Positions 34,447 to 42,754 of a stretch of 50,582 nt of DNA are shown piece after piece. Both the position numbers and the translations under genes were made by a program. The DNA comes from a virus (lineage: Duplodnaviria; Caudoviricetes): the IMG/VR virus record IMGVR_UViG_3300044718_000018, positions 1 through 50,582 of that record, one strand, 5' to 3'. How positions within the stretch are numbered: the first letter of the stretch is position 1; each line of letters starts with the position of its first letter. Under the pieces are notes generated by a model that searched no databases, had not been told where the DNA came from, and was given only the letters and a program-made list of their open reading frames with translations.

Positions 34447-35145
34447 AGGAGCATCGTCGCCGCTGGAAAAGTCCTCATCCAGTCCGATTTCTCCATCATC
34501 TTCATTGTCGCCGCAAATGTCACAATCATTATCTTCTGAGCCGCGAACTACTGATTTTACCAGATCAAGGCCAGATGCTTTTGCACCTTCGAGTGCCCCG
34601 GCCATGTGAGCGTTGCCAATCTCAGTCCGCGCTATCATCTCCGCGCGATCAGCCGAAAAAGCCTCACTGTCTTCAATGGCTGATTTTAATTCGTTAACGC
34701 CGTCCGCGTTTTGGATGGCATCGCGCACCAGCACTTGCAAGCGTTCCCGTGTGGTTTCTGTGATGCCGGTTACCAGTTCCGCGCCGGATTCAGCAGCATA
34801 CTTTACTGAGTCCTCATTAACCAGATCAAATACGTCTTGATCCGTGATGCCCAGCTTGCCCAGAATCACTTGCGCCGTCTGCTCGTATGCCCCGCCCAGA
34901 TCATCTGCCAACTCTTCTGAGATGATGTCCCATGCTTCCATGTCAGTCGAATCTACAATAAGCTTGGCTTTCGCTTCGGGATCGTCGGCCTTCTTTGTGG
35001 CCGATTCGTAAGCCTTCGATACCTGTGCCGCAATCTTTTTGCCCTGCTCTGCAAAGAACTTCGTCAGGTAAGCCGTGATGTTGCTGACGGACTTACGCTG
35101 TTCTTTTGATAGGTCACTGACGGGATGGACGCTGACCGGCTTCAC
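34384..35145 (-). CDS. minor head protein (Mu gpF / SPP1 gp7-like)
   Basis: RAEMIARTE, CDIC..N, F.SGDDAP.HPNC.C. Confidence 0.9.
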   Translation of the reverse strand: MKPVSVHPVSDLSKEQRKSVSNITAYLTKFFAEQGKKIAAQVSKAYESATKKADDPEAKAKLIVDSTDMEAWDIISEELADDLGGAYEQTAQVILGKLGITDQDVFDLVNEDSVKYAAESGAELVTGITETTRERLQVLVRDAIQNADGVNELKSAIEDSEAFSADRAEMIARTEIGNAHMAGALEGAKASGLDLVKSVVRGSEDNDCDICGDNEDDGEIGLDEDFSSGDDAPLFHPNCACTLVFSVSKDSSD

Positions 35146-35345
35146 GATTGCGCTCTCAATGAATATCTCTTAACGCGATCCCACCACTCACCCCATTCCG
35201 CAAAGTGCCATCCACTCCATTGCTTTGTGTTGAGGCACGATAGGCGGTCGTTGCCGTCGATGTAAAACTTCCATCCGTCAGGGAACACCCTCAGGCGCGT
35301 AGGTAAGCAGGAGAAAAGCAATCTTTTGAGCTTGCTCATCTTCAT
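35142..35345 (-). CDS. small hypothetical protein
   Basis: ATGA/GTGA coupling on both sides. Confidence 0.55.
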   Translation of the reverse strand: MKMSKLKRLLFSCLPTRLRVFPDGWKFYIDGNDRLSCLNTKQWSGWHFAEWGEWWDRVKRYSLRAQS

Positions 35346-36877
35346 TGACCGCGTGGCTCCGTGTACCCACGAAACGCCTTGCGCGCATATTTCTTTTTCG
35401 GTGGCTTGGCTGGTGGCTTGCCGTCTTCGTGATCTTCATGCGGCGCTATTGGCTTACCGTCCGGGCCGACTTGCTGCACGGTTGGCGGTTCTGGTGGATT
35501 GTCGGCATTCTCAATCACCTTATCCACCGGAACAGCGCCCATTGCTGTGTAAATCATGTTGCGCGCCCCTGTGCCGTTTGGCAAAGGTTCATAGCCCAGC
35601 GTATCTGCGGCCTGGTCAATCGTCATGGAACCGTTGCGGAGATATTTGTCGATAATCTCAGCCTGCTCTACCGGGTTTTCGTCCTTCGCGGCAACAAAGG
35701 AAAACTCAATGTCATTCCAGCCAAAATACCGCAGCACCAGCGTGTTGACCGCGTCTTCAAACCACAGCATGATTGGCGATAAGCCTTCTGCCGCTGCCTG
35801 CTCAACTGAAGTCTCAGCCGTTGCCCGGTTCATCTGCGTAATAAACGGTTGTGGGCTCAAGCTGAAGCCATAGCAAACAATTCTCGCTAGCCATTCGTCC
35901 AGCGGGTCTTTCAACTCCGGGGCGCGGGTAAACGTAAATTCGCCGGCCTCTGGGATAAACGTAATCTTCCGGCGCTGGGCAAGGTTGCCGGAAAGCGAAG
36001 CGTCAAACCAATCCTGAAATTCCTTGATCTGATCAGCACCCCATGATGCCGGGGTTTGTGCGATGGCTTCCGGTATGTTGCCTTCCGTGTAATAGTTCAG
36101 CAGATGGATTTGCCGACGCAGACCAATATTGATGGTCATGATGATCTGCTCAACTGGCGAGTATCCGAAAAACTTGTGCGTGCGGAGATTGCGCGGCTTA
36201 AAAAGTAACTGTGAGCGCATGAAATCTACCGCCGGCAAACCTTTGATGATCTGCTGGTAGGCAACGGCTGGCTCTGCTGGCGTGCGGCCCTGCGTGTCAA
36301 TCTTGCGAGCAATGGTCGCGCCGTCAATTACGTCCAGCCCGTAAAGCTTTTTGCCCTTTGTCCATAGCGTGCCGTTTGCGTCTGTAGTCGGAACAATTGC
36401 AGCCGCATCAATCACCAGCATTTCCTCAAGCAGCATGCGCGCCCATTCCGCCCATGTGTGCTCTTTGTCAGGCGAAGCAAAGAAGTCTATCAGTTGTGCG
36501 ATGCGGTCATCAGATCCTGCCCGTGCTTTGTATTCCCCGTTTTTCTCGTTGACGTTACGCTTTACCGTGAACTGCCATTGCATTTTGGCGAGCTGGTCTT
36601 TGCGTGTTTCAATGCACAGGCGTACCAAGTCGAAAGAATCAGCCAGGTTCCGCATCTGGTGGTAGCTGACCGACTCCAGATTGTGGGGCTGGATGTTGAG
36701 GTTGTAGCCAGTCGGATAATCAAACTGGCGTGGTGGCGTTCCTGATGGCGCACTGATGCCTTGAGGGGAATCAGGCCCAAAGAACGCGTTGAGCGCAGAG
36801 CGGAATCGCGAGGCCACGCTGCGCCCTTGTTCAATCTTTGCGCCCCCAGCGGGAGTGTTAACTGGTTGATTAGGCAA
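35342..36877 (-). CDS. portal protein
   Basis: Follows TerL; LRN/VRLCIETRKDQ, P.N.R....GYSPVEQ, YYTEGNIP, NRATAE. Confidence 0.92.
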   Translation of the reverse strand: MPNQPVNTPAGGAKIEQGRSVASRFRSALNAFFGPDSPQGISAPSGTPPRQFDYPTGYNLNIQPHNLESVSYHQMRNLADSFDLVRLCIETRKDQLAKMQWQFTVKRNVNEKNGEYKARAGSDDRIAQLIDFFASPDKEHTWAEWARMLLEEMLVIDAAAIVPTTDANGTLWTKGKKLYGLDVIDGATIARKIDTQGRTPAEPAVAYQQIIKGLPAVDFMRSQLLFKPRNLRTHKFFGYSPVEQIIMTINIGLRRQIHLLNYYTEGNIPEAIAQTPASWGADQIKEFQDWFDASLSGNLAQRRKITFIPEAGEFTFTRAPELKDPLDEWLARIVCYGFSLSPQPFITQMNRATAETSVEQAAAEGLSPIMLWFEDAVNTLVLRYFGWNDIEFSFVAAKDENPVEQAEIIDKYLRNGSMTIDQAADTLGYEPLPNGTGARNMIYTAMGAVPVDKVIENADNPPEPPTVQQVGPDGKPIAPHEDHEDGKPPAKPPKKKYARKAFRGYTEPRGQ

Positions 36878-38612
36878 GCCCCACCTGCACCCCAGCGGCC
36901 GCGCTGCTCCATTTCATCTCAATATCCAGCCGGTTTACTTCGGCTAATGCGGCTTCACTCCCAATATCCAATAATGCCTGCCTGACTTCCTGGTATTGGC
37001 GTGCGCTGCATGAAATCCTTCCACCATTGGCCATAGTTTCTTTCGCAATATTCGTTAGGCCGGTTTCCGGCACGCGCTTGCCATCTCTTTTGGGAACGCC
37101 CTTAACCTTGTCAGCGGCTTCTTTCAGTTGGCTGGCTTGCGTGCGATAGAAGTCCATGATGCCCGCGCCCATTTTGTGCCGAATATAAATCAATGCTTGA
37201 CTGGTTGCGTCCACGTCATCGTCATGCGCAGCTTTTGGGAAAGCGCAGAGGTTATGAATGTAGTCATCCATCCAAGGAACGTTAAACACCTGAGGATCAG
37301 GCAGTTCAATAGAGCCCGCCTCAAATAGAGGCGATATGCCCTGCAAGCGTGAAAATTTGTCGCCTTCAGGATTGACCGCAACCACGCCAGACAATTCCTT
37401 CCGCAGTTCACTGATGATTGCAGGGCCATTGGCCTTATCTTCAATCAAGATTGCGTGGGCTTGTGGAAACTTGGCGCGGCAACTCTTTATGGCATCCTTC
37501 GTGGGGCCAAAGTCTAACTGGTCATATGTACGATGCGGCAACATCAAAAGCTTGCCACCGGCCTTTCCCCAAACTTGTCCAGCCACGTAATCATTGGTTG
37601 CGCCACCCTTGAACGTGCAATCCCAGCTCTGCACCATTAAGTCAAATTTCTCAGGTAATTCCCTATAAAACCGAATCCAATTGCGCTTAATGATTCCGCC
37701 TTCAATAGCGGAAGGGCGTTGCTGATAGAGCGATGCCCACACCTGGCTGCCCACGGCAGTCTTGATTGCGTTTAATTGCTCAAGAGGGAAACGTTCAGCA
37801 TGCAAAGGCTCACCGTTTTTGCGGTGCTTTTCGTCTTTTTCAGCTATGGCAGGGTAGGTGACCACTTTCCATTTGTCCCCACCAACCAATTCACGCTGAA
37901 GTAAGCGCCCAGCCAAATCATCTTCATGCCAGCGCGTAAGCACGATAAGTATGCCGCCACCAGATTCAAGCCGCGTGTAGGCTGTGGACGTGAACCATTC
38001 CCAAACCTTATCGCGATAAACCTCCGAATACGCCTGCTCAGCATCCTTGATCGGGTCGTCCACGATGAGGATATTGCAACCCATGCCCGTAATGCCACCA
38101 CCGACGCCAGCAGAGCGGTAACTTCCGCGATGGCCAACAATTTCAAAAATCTCAGAGTTGCGGAGAAATGATCCATTGGCAATTGTGCGTATGTTCTTTC
38201 CGAAAAGCTCAGTCCCCGGAAATATCTCACCATATTGAGGCGCTTCTATGATCCGCTGTACATCTCTATTCATTCTCGATGCAAGATCAGCGCCGTATGA
38301 AGTACTGATTATCTGTAGCTCAGGGTTGCGACCAAAAGCGTATGCCGGGAATCGCCGGGAAACCAACTCGCTTTTTCCGTGGCGAGGCGGCATAAATAAC
38401 ATAAGCCTTGGGCTCGCGCCAGCTTCAACGGCGCGAAAGAACTCATCGAGTTCGGAGCATATCTCTTTGTGTACCCATCCAGCCCTGTAGCGAGAGTTGG
38501 TAAAGCGAGTAAACGACTCGATACTTCGGCGCGCACGTTCAGCCTTAATTTGCTGGAGGGGCGGGAGTTGCTGTCTCGACAAGATATTCGAGTTCGGCGA
38601 GCTGCTCATCAT
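36870..38612 (-). CDS. terL: terminase large subunit
   Basis: Walker A MPPRHGKS, GGGITG.G, DDPIKD, TRWHEDDL, YQQRP, EDKANG, HDD.VDA. Confidence 0.95.
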   Translation of the reverse strand: MMSSSPNSNILSRQQLPPLQQIKAERARRSIESFTRFTNSRYRAGWVHKEICSELDEFFRAVEAGASPRLMLFMPPRHGKSELVSRRFPAYAFGRNPELQIISTSYGADLASRMNRDVQRIIEAPQYGEIFPGTELFGKNIRTIANGSFLRNSEIFEIVGHRGSYRSAGVGGGITGMGCNILIVDDPIKDAEQAYSEVYRDKVWEWFTSTAYTRLESGGGILIVLTRWHEDDLAGRLLQRELVGGDKWKVVTYPAIAEKDEKHRKNGEPLHAERFPLEQLNAIKTAVGSQVWASLYQQRPSAIEGGIIKRNWIRFYRELPEKFDLMVQSWDCTFKGGATNDYVAGQVWGKAGGKLLMLPHRTYDQLDFGPTKDAIKSCRAKFPQAHAILIEDKANGPAIISELRKELSGVVAVNPEGDKFSRLQGISPLFEAGSIELPDPQVFNVPWMDDYIHNLCAFPKAAHDDDVDATSQALIYIRHKMGAGIMDFYRTQASQLKEAADKVKGVPKRDGKRVPETGLTNIAKETMANGGRISCSARQYQEVRQALLDIGSEAALAEVNRLDIEMKWSSAAAGVQVGLA

Positions 38613-39000
38613 TCAATCTCTTAAGGTCAACTACTTCATGTTGTATCGGGCCACCGTCTGGGCCGCTAACTTCATGCTTGTCCCTCTGGCCGAGGTATTG
38701 CTTACCAAGCCAAATAAGCATCGTCACGCTTGCGGATTCTTTATCTTTGCTGCCTTCGTTGGCCACCTTTAATTGCTTGCGCCGAAGGCTCATTTTCATT
38801 TCTTCGCGGCCTTTTTCTATGACATCCGCAAAATTGCGCTCCAGGGTGTCTACTGAGCACTTGCAAATCTTCGCAATCTCAATCATGGTGCAGCCAATCC
38901 CAGCCAAGTCCTCGATAAGTTCGGGGTTGAGGTCAAGCTTGGGACGGCCTACCGGGTTGGTATTTTCTATGCTTTCTTCGTTATGCACGTTTTTATTCAT
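38545..39000 (-). CDS. terS: terminase small subunit
   Basis: GRPK..., LA..GCT..EIA....CS..TL HTH, MLIWLGKQYLGQRD, EVSGPDGGPI. Confidence 0.9.
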   Translation of the reverse strand: MNKNVHNEESIENTNPVGRPKLDLNPELIEDLAGIGCTMIEIAKICKCSVDTLERNFADVIEKGREEMKMSLRRKQLKVANEGSKDKESASVTMLIWLGKQYLGQRDKHEVSGPDGGPIQHEVVDLKRLNDEQLAELEYLVETATPAPPAN

Positions 39001-39103
39001 ACAAGTACGTGTTTTAGGGTACTTTATGCACTCACCTACTGCATAAATGCATAAATATGCTGTGTTTCCTTACCCTGCAATCTGCAACTGAGGGAAGCCC
39101 CGG

Positions 39104-39811
39104 TTACTTCTTTCCCGTGAATGGGATAGAGATGCCCAGAATTTTTGCCTTGGGAACTGCGATCTTGGCTTTCTCCTGCGTGCTGCAAAGTTTATTCCAG
39201 TGCTTTGCAATGTCACGCGCTGAGAATTTGGGCTTGACGGAAGTTTTGATTACCTGCCCTGCCGGAGTTCCTTCAATGGCGATCATGTCTGTGCCCGAGA
39301 TGTGCCAGCCGTAGATGGCCGGAAGTTGCGTTTGCAGATTGAGTGCTACTGCCGCTGGCTGCTGGTTGACCAGGATGACGATGTTCTGCGCGATCAGGCC
39401 GATCAGGCCAGCGAAGCCGTTGACGATGCCTGCGGTCTTTGCGTCTTTGATTCCCACTGTTGAAACAATGCTCTGCAAGTTCGTCTGAATATCCAGCCAT
39501 GCCGCGTTGATCTTTTGCAGCACAGTGGGATTCGGGACTGCTGGGTTATAGCCGGCGATCAGTGACTCCAGTAGTTTGCCGTCTGCCGCAATCAGTGCCG
39601 CTGCTGGCCCGATGGCTGGCGCGTATTCCGGCGCAACCAACAGAGTGAGCCCGGTTGCCATCTGTGCGATCTGCGGAATCTGCTGGTCCAGGGTATCAAT
39701 CACCTGCACGATCTGGGCTTGTGAGCATCCGGCCATGGGGACAATGAGGCTGAAGATGGCGAGGAACAATGCCAATGAGCTGAGTAAACACTTATTTGCT
39801 GACGTTTTCAC
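39104..39811 (-). CDS. lipoprotein, helical (spanin-like role possible)
   Basis: Signal with MAGC lipobox; AGGAG RBS; located in lysis region. Confidence 0.7.
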   Translation of the reverse strand: MKTSANKCLLSSLALFLAIFSLIVPMAGCSQAQIVQVIDTLDQQIPQIAQMATGLTLLVAPEYAPAIGPAAALIAADGKLLESLIAGYNPAVPNPTVLQKINAAWLDIQTNLQSIVSTVGIKDAKTAGIVNGFAGLIGLIAQNIVILVNQQPAAVALNLQTQLPAIYGWHISGTDMIAIEGTPAGQVIKTSVKPKFSARDIAKHWNKLCSTQEKAKIAVPKAKILGISIPFTGKK

Positions 39812-39850
39812 GTTGAATAATCTCCTGAAATTGAATTTGTCTTGAATGAG

Positions 39851-40045
39851 TTAGGCCGGGTTGACGGTGGCGAGAATGCCTTCTTTTTCTGTCTTCAGTG
39901 CTTCGATGGAGGCATCAACTTCTGCATTCGCCGCCTCGAAAGCCTTCTGTGCATCTGCCGTGATCTGCCGCTTCTGCAATAGATCGGAAGCCGCGCTGTT
40001 CATTACATCCACTGCCGCTTTTGCTCTGTCGCTTGCTGTGCTCAT
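39851..40045 (-). CDS. small coiled-coil protein
   Basis: GAGGAG RBS; Ala-rich heptads. Confidence 0.75.
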   Translation of the reverse strand: MSTASDRAKAAVDVMNSAASDLLQKRQITADAQKAFEAANAEVDASIEALKTEKEGILATVNPA

Positions 40046-40075
40046 GAAATTTGCTCCTCTGAAATTAAAGATTTT

Positions 40076-40214
40076 GCTGGGCTTTCCTCATCCCAGCGCG
40101 ACGGCCCCTCAGGCTGTACTAGCGTTTTGACGTACCATGATTCCTAGAATCCTGTCGTTTCAAACCGCTGAAGTGATCTAATTCACTTCCATCTGAATGC
40201 CGCTACCCGGCCTG
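40076..40214 (-). ncRNA. candidate structured non-coding RNA B
   Basis: ORF-free; nested stems CAGGC/GCCUG, UAGCG/CGCUA, UCAGAU/GUUUGA, GAAGUGA/UCACUUC, GAUUC/GAAUC, then GCUGGG/CCCAGC. Confidence 0.4.
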
Positions 40215-40223
40215 TTATTGAAC

Positions 40224-40415
40224 TTATTTAGCGGGAACTCCGCCGTCCGGGTGTACTCCGCTTGTGTCCGCTGCTTTGTGGGTCGCCAGTGCGCTCAAAA
40301 TTCCGCCACCAGTACCGACAACGCTGCTGTACTTTCCAAATGCTCCGTTGGCCGCGAGTCCGGTGATTGCTGCTCCCACCCACGCCAGAATCTTTGCCCA
40401 TGTGTTCTTTGTCAT
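40224..40415 (-). CDS. holin candidate (two short hydrophobic segments)
   Basis: WAKILAWVGAAITGLAA and VVGTGGGILSALA; lysis region. Confidence 0.55.
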   Translation of the reverse strand: MTKNTWAKILAWVGAAITGLAANGAFGKYSSVVGTGGGILSALATHKAADTSGVHPDGGVPAK

Positions 40416-40439
40416 CGCGTTATTCGTCCCATCCTTGTT

Positions 40440-40715
40440 TCATTTGGTTCCCTTCACAATCTTGATTGGCGCATCCTCTGAGCTGCCATCCCGTACCACC
40501 ATGGTTTCGCCTACGCCCAGCCGGTCTATTTCCGCTTGCGCTTTCTCGCGTGAATCGAAGTTGGTAAAAACCAGATAAGCCGCTGCTGGCGGTATCGTGA
40601 TTCCGTCTTTAGGGGATACGTGGAAGGTCATAAGTTTTCTTAAATGCTTTCCGCAGGTTGAGCAGCAACCCGCGCCAGTTTTGGATTCGTCATCTGGAAC
40701 CATCCGGCAGTACAA
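40440..40715 (-). CDS. hypothetical protein with Zn-binding N-terminus
   Basis: C...CSTCG.H; TTG start. Confidence 0.6.
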   Translation of the reverse strand: MYCRMVPDDESKTGAGCCSTCGKHLRKLMTFHVSPKDGITIPPAAAYLVFTNFDSREKAQAEIDRLGVGETMVVRDGSSEDAPIKIVKGTK

Positions 40716-40740
40716 GTTTTGCTATTCCAGCCTTTTGTTT

Positions 40741-40899
40741 GCGGCCACTCCCCGAGAGGAATGGTCATGCTTACGGCGCTGCCGACTTCACCCTCTGCTG
40801 ACTTCCAACGCTCTGAACATTGGCGGCCCTATGGCGCGTTTTCGGACTTCAAAGCCTTGCGGCTCCATCCCGGCTAACTGCCACAACCGTTACGTCTGC
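40741..40899 (-). ncRNA. candidate structured non-coding RNA A
   Basis: ORF-free; GGAGCC-GCAA-GGCUUU GNRA hairpin inside CGGUUGUGGC/GCCAU..GGCCG; CCAAUGU/GCGUUGG; CCAUUCCU/GGGAGUGG; many G-U pairs. Confidence 0.5.
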
Positions 40900-40912
40900 T
40901 TTTTGCGGAAAC

Positions 40913-41107
40913 CTATTTCGCGACGAGGGCTCTAGCTTCTTTGTGGGTGGCCCTGAATGCCTGAAACTGAATGAAATTGCGCCCGCGCTTATCTCGCACA
41001 ATTCGAAAATTCATCCGATGCAGCAGCCCACAATCGCAGCACTGCATGATGTAATTCTTCCGGCGGGGCTGAACCCACTCTCCCGGCTTCACCTGAGTGC
41101 ACTTCAT
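40913..41107 (-). CDS. small CCDCGL.H protein, paralogue 2
   Basis: GEWVQP...Y...CCDCGLLHRMNFR; ATGA overlap. Confidence 0.75.
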   Translation of the reverse strand: MKCTQVKPGEWVQPRRKNYIMQCCDCGLLHRMNFRIVRDKRGRNFIQFQAFRATHKEARALVAK

Positions 41108-41886
41108 GCGCTCGCCGCCTGCTTCTTAGCCAGAAAGCCGCATACCACTTCCCAGCACGCCCCTGATCTGAAATAGTCGCCATGCAGATCAACTGGATTC
41201 AGCTCTGCTGGTAGCAAGCCAATACAGTTAACCGATTGGCAGTTCTCAGGTGCATGTCCCGCGCCCACCAAGCCAAGCCTTGCGCCAAGGTGAATAATTC
41301 CTGAGCCCAGCAACGCGCCATCCGCCGGGCAGTACATCACCAGAACTTTGTTGCTCATCTCTGCGATGTTTGAGGTATTCAGCGCATCAAAGGGAACGTC
41401 TGCCGCCACCATCACAAGTTTGTCCACACACGGCGCTGTGCCGGCGGATTCCAGGGCTTTCTGTAACAGGAAATTGCCCATGCTGTGAGCAATTACGTTC
41501 GGGCATTCCAGATCCCGCAGGCATTGCAGCAAGTCTGTTGCGCTGCGCTCTGCTTGCACGCGATCCTCAAGGTATTCGAGAATGTTGCCCTGAGATGGCC
41601 ACGAATAGCCGACGAGCGTTACATCTGGGCCCAGTCCATCGAATACAGCCTGCATCACGTCCATATCTCGCTGCCACGATTCGTTGAAGCCGTGAATGAA
41701 AAGAACGACTGGCTTGCCTTGGGCCTTGATGTCCGCAAGTGCGATCGATCGATCTACGGGCATCCAGTCGATTGTCTGATCGAAAGGCTTACCCGGGGCG
41801 CTCCACCATGTATTCCCAAAGGCGTTACGCTCTGAGCTGAATTGTCCCGGCTGGTACTTCCGGTTGGTACAGAGAAAGATGCTCAC
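41104..41886 (-). CDS. alpha/beta hydrolase (DUF900-like esterase/lipase)
   Basis: LFIHGFN, YSWPS.G, AHSMGN nucleophile elbow, AADV, D.AL..S, H..YF. Confidence 0.88.
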   Translation of the reverse strand: MSIFLCTNRKYQPGQFSSERNAFGNTWWSAPGKPFDQTIDWMPVDRSIALADIKAQGKPVVLFIHGFNESWQRDMDVMQAVFDGLGPDVTLVGYSWPSQGNILEYLEDRVQAERSATDLLQCLRDLECPNVIAHSMGNFLLQKALESAGTAPCVDKLVMVAADVPFDALNTSNIAEMSNKVLVMYCPADGALLGSGIIHLGARLGLVGAGHAPENCQSVNCIGLLPAELNPVDLHGDYFRSGACWEVVCGFLAKKQAASA

Positions 41887-41891
41887 GGAAG

Positions 41892-42092
41892 TTAGAATTT
41901 CCCACCCTTGGTGCGATGTTTTATGCGGAATGCCTGCATGAGAACACGTGCTTTACCCTCGCTATCAATCCTCACGCGAAAGTTCATGCGATGGACTAGG
42001 CCGCAATCACAGCAAGCCAGCAGATAGCCTTTCATTTGCGGCTGCACCCACTCTCCCGCTTTCACCTTCTTGAACTTCTTTGGAATCTTCAG
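41892..42092 (-). CDS. small CCDCGL.H protein, paralogue 1 (66 aa, CTG start), not in ORF track
   Basis: KIPKKFKKVKAGEWVQPQMKGYLLACCDCGLVHRMNFRVRIDSEGKARVLMQAFRIKHRTKGGKF; CTG overlaps upstream TGA. Confidence 0.75.
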   Translation of the reverse strand: MKIPKKFKKVKAGEWVQPQMKGYLLACCDCGLVHRMNFRVRIDSEGKARVLMQAFRIKHRTKGGKF

Positions 42093-42493
42093 GCTTCCGC
42101 CTCTGTGTACGTGATAGTGATTGCTTCCCCGCGCTCTACTGCGTCTGTCATCAACAAAAAGAGCCGATCAAATGCCTGCTTACTGCCGCCGATGAAGTCA
42201 GGGTTTGGGCCTGGACCATAGCCCACAAGTAGACATCCTTCCGTATCTTTCGGGAAGTTGCCGATGTGAATTTCTATTTCTTCAAAGCCGGGGACATTGA
42301 GCACATGAGGCAGCAATCTTTCGTGCTTCGGACTCCACAGAATCTCTACGTCATAGCTGCCCAGTGGTATGCAGCAGGGCTTTTCGTCGCGCTTCGGAGG
42401 CTCAAGGCAAAAGCCGAACTGCTCTCCATTTACGGCCAAATTGCCGACAGTAGAGAGCGCTGTAAATGTGTGCCGCGTGACAAGAAGGTTCAC
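42089..42493 (-). CDS. DUF5675-family L,D-transpeptidase-like protein, endolysin candidate
   Basis: T.G.L...G.....LE, CIP.G.Y, SPK, VPG...I.IH.GN...DTEGCLLVG. Confidence 0.85.
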   Translation of the reverse strand: MNLLVTRHTFTALSTVGNLAVNGEQFGFCLEPPKRDEKPCCIPLGSYDVEILWSPKHERLLPHVLNVPGFEEIEIHIGNFPKDTEGCLLVGYGPGPNPDFIGGSKQAFDRLFLLMTDAVERGEAITITYTEAEA

Positions 42494-42750
42494 TACTGCT
42501 TTACTCTCGCCTCATATTCAGCAATGGGAACTTCTGTCGCGTGAGCCTTTTGGATTTTATTCCTGCACTTTTCGCAAGCATTTGGGCGAACTTCAACATT
42601 CCTGTGGCTTTCCATGCAGCGGCATTGCGCGATTAAATCGCCACACGAACAAACTATTTTCCCGTGACCTAGCATATTTTTTATACACTCCAGTTTTGTC
42701 AGCTTGCCTGCTAAGTGCGCTGCGTGCCGTAGTGCGCTCTCGAAGTCCAC
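42493..42750 (-). CDS. Cys-rich hypothetical protein (start uncertain)
   Basis: H....CSCG..IAQCRC...CEKC. Confidence 0.6.
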   Translation of the reverse strand: MDFESALRHAAHLAGKLTKLECIKNMLGHGKIVCSCGDLIAQCRCMESHRNVEVRPNACEKCRNKIQKAHATEVPIAEYEARVKQ

Positions 42751-42754
42751 ATCG

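Noticed and set aside
40100-40170. Hammerhead-like words (GAAAC...GUC...CUGAGG) in RNA candidate B
   Set aside because: The core reads CUGAGGG rather than CUGANGA, and stem I does not start at the cleavage triplet.
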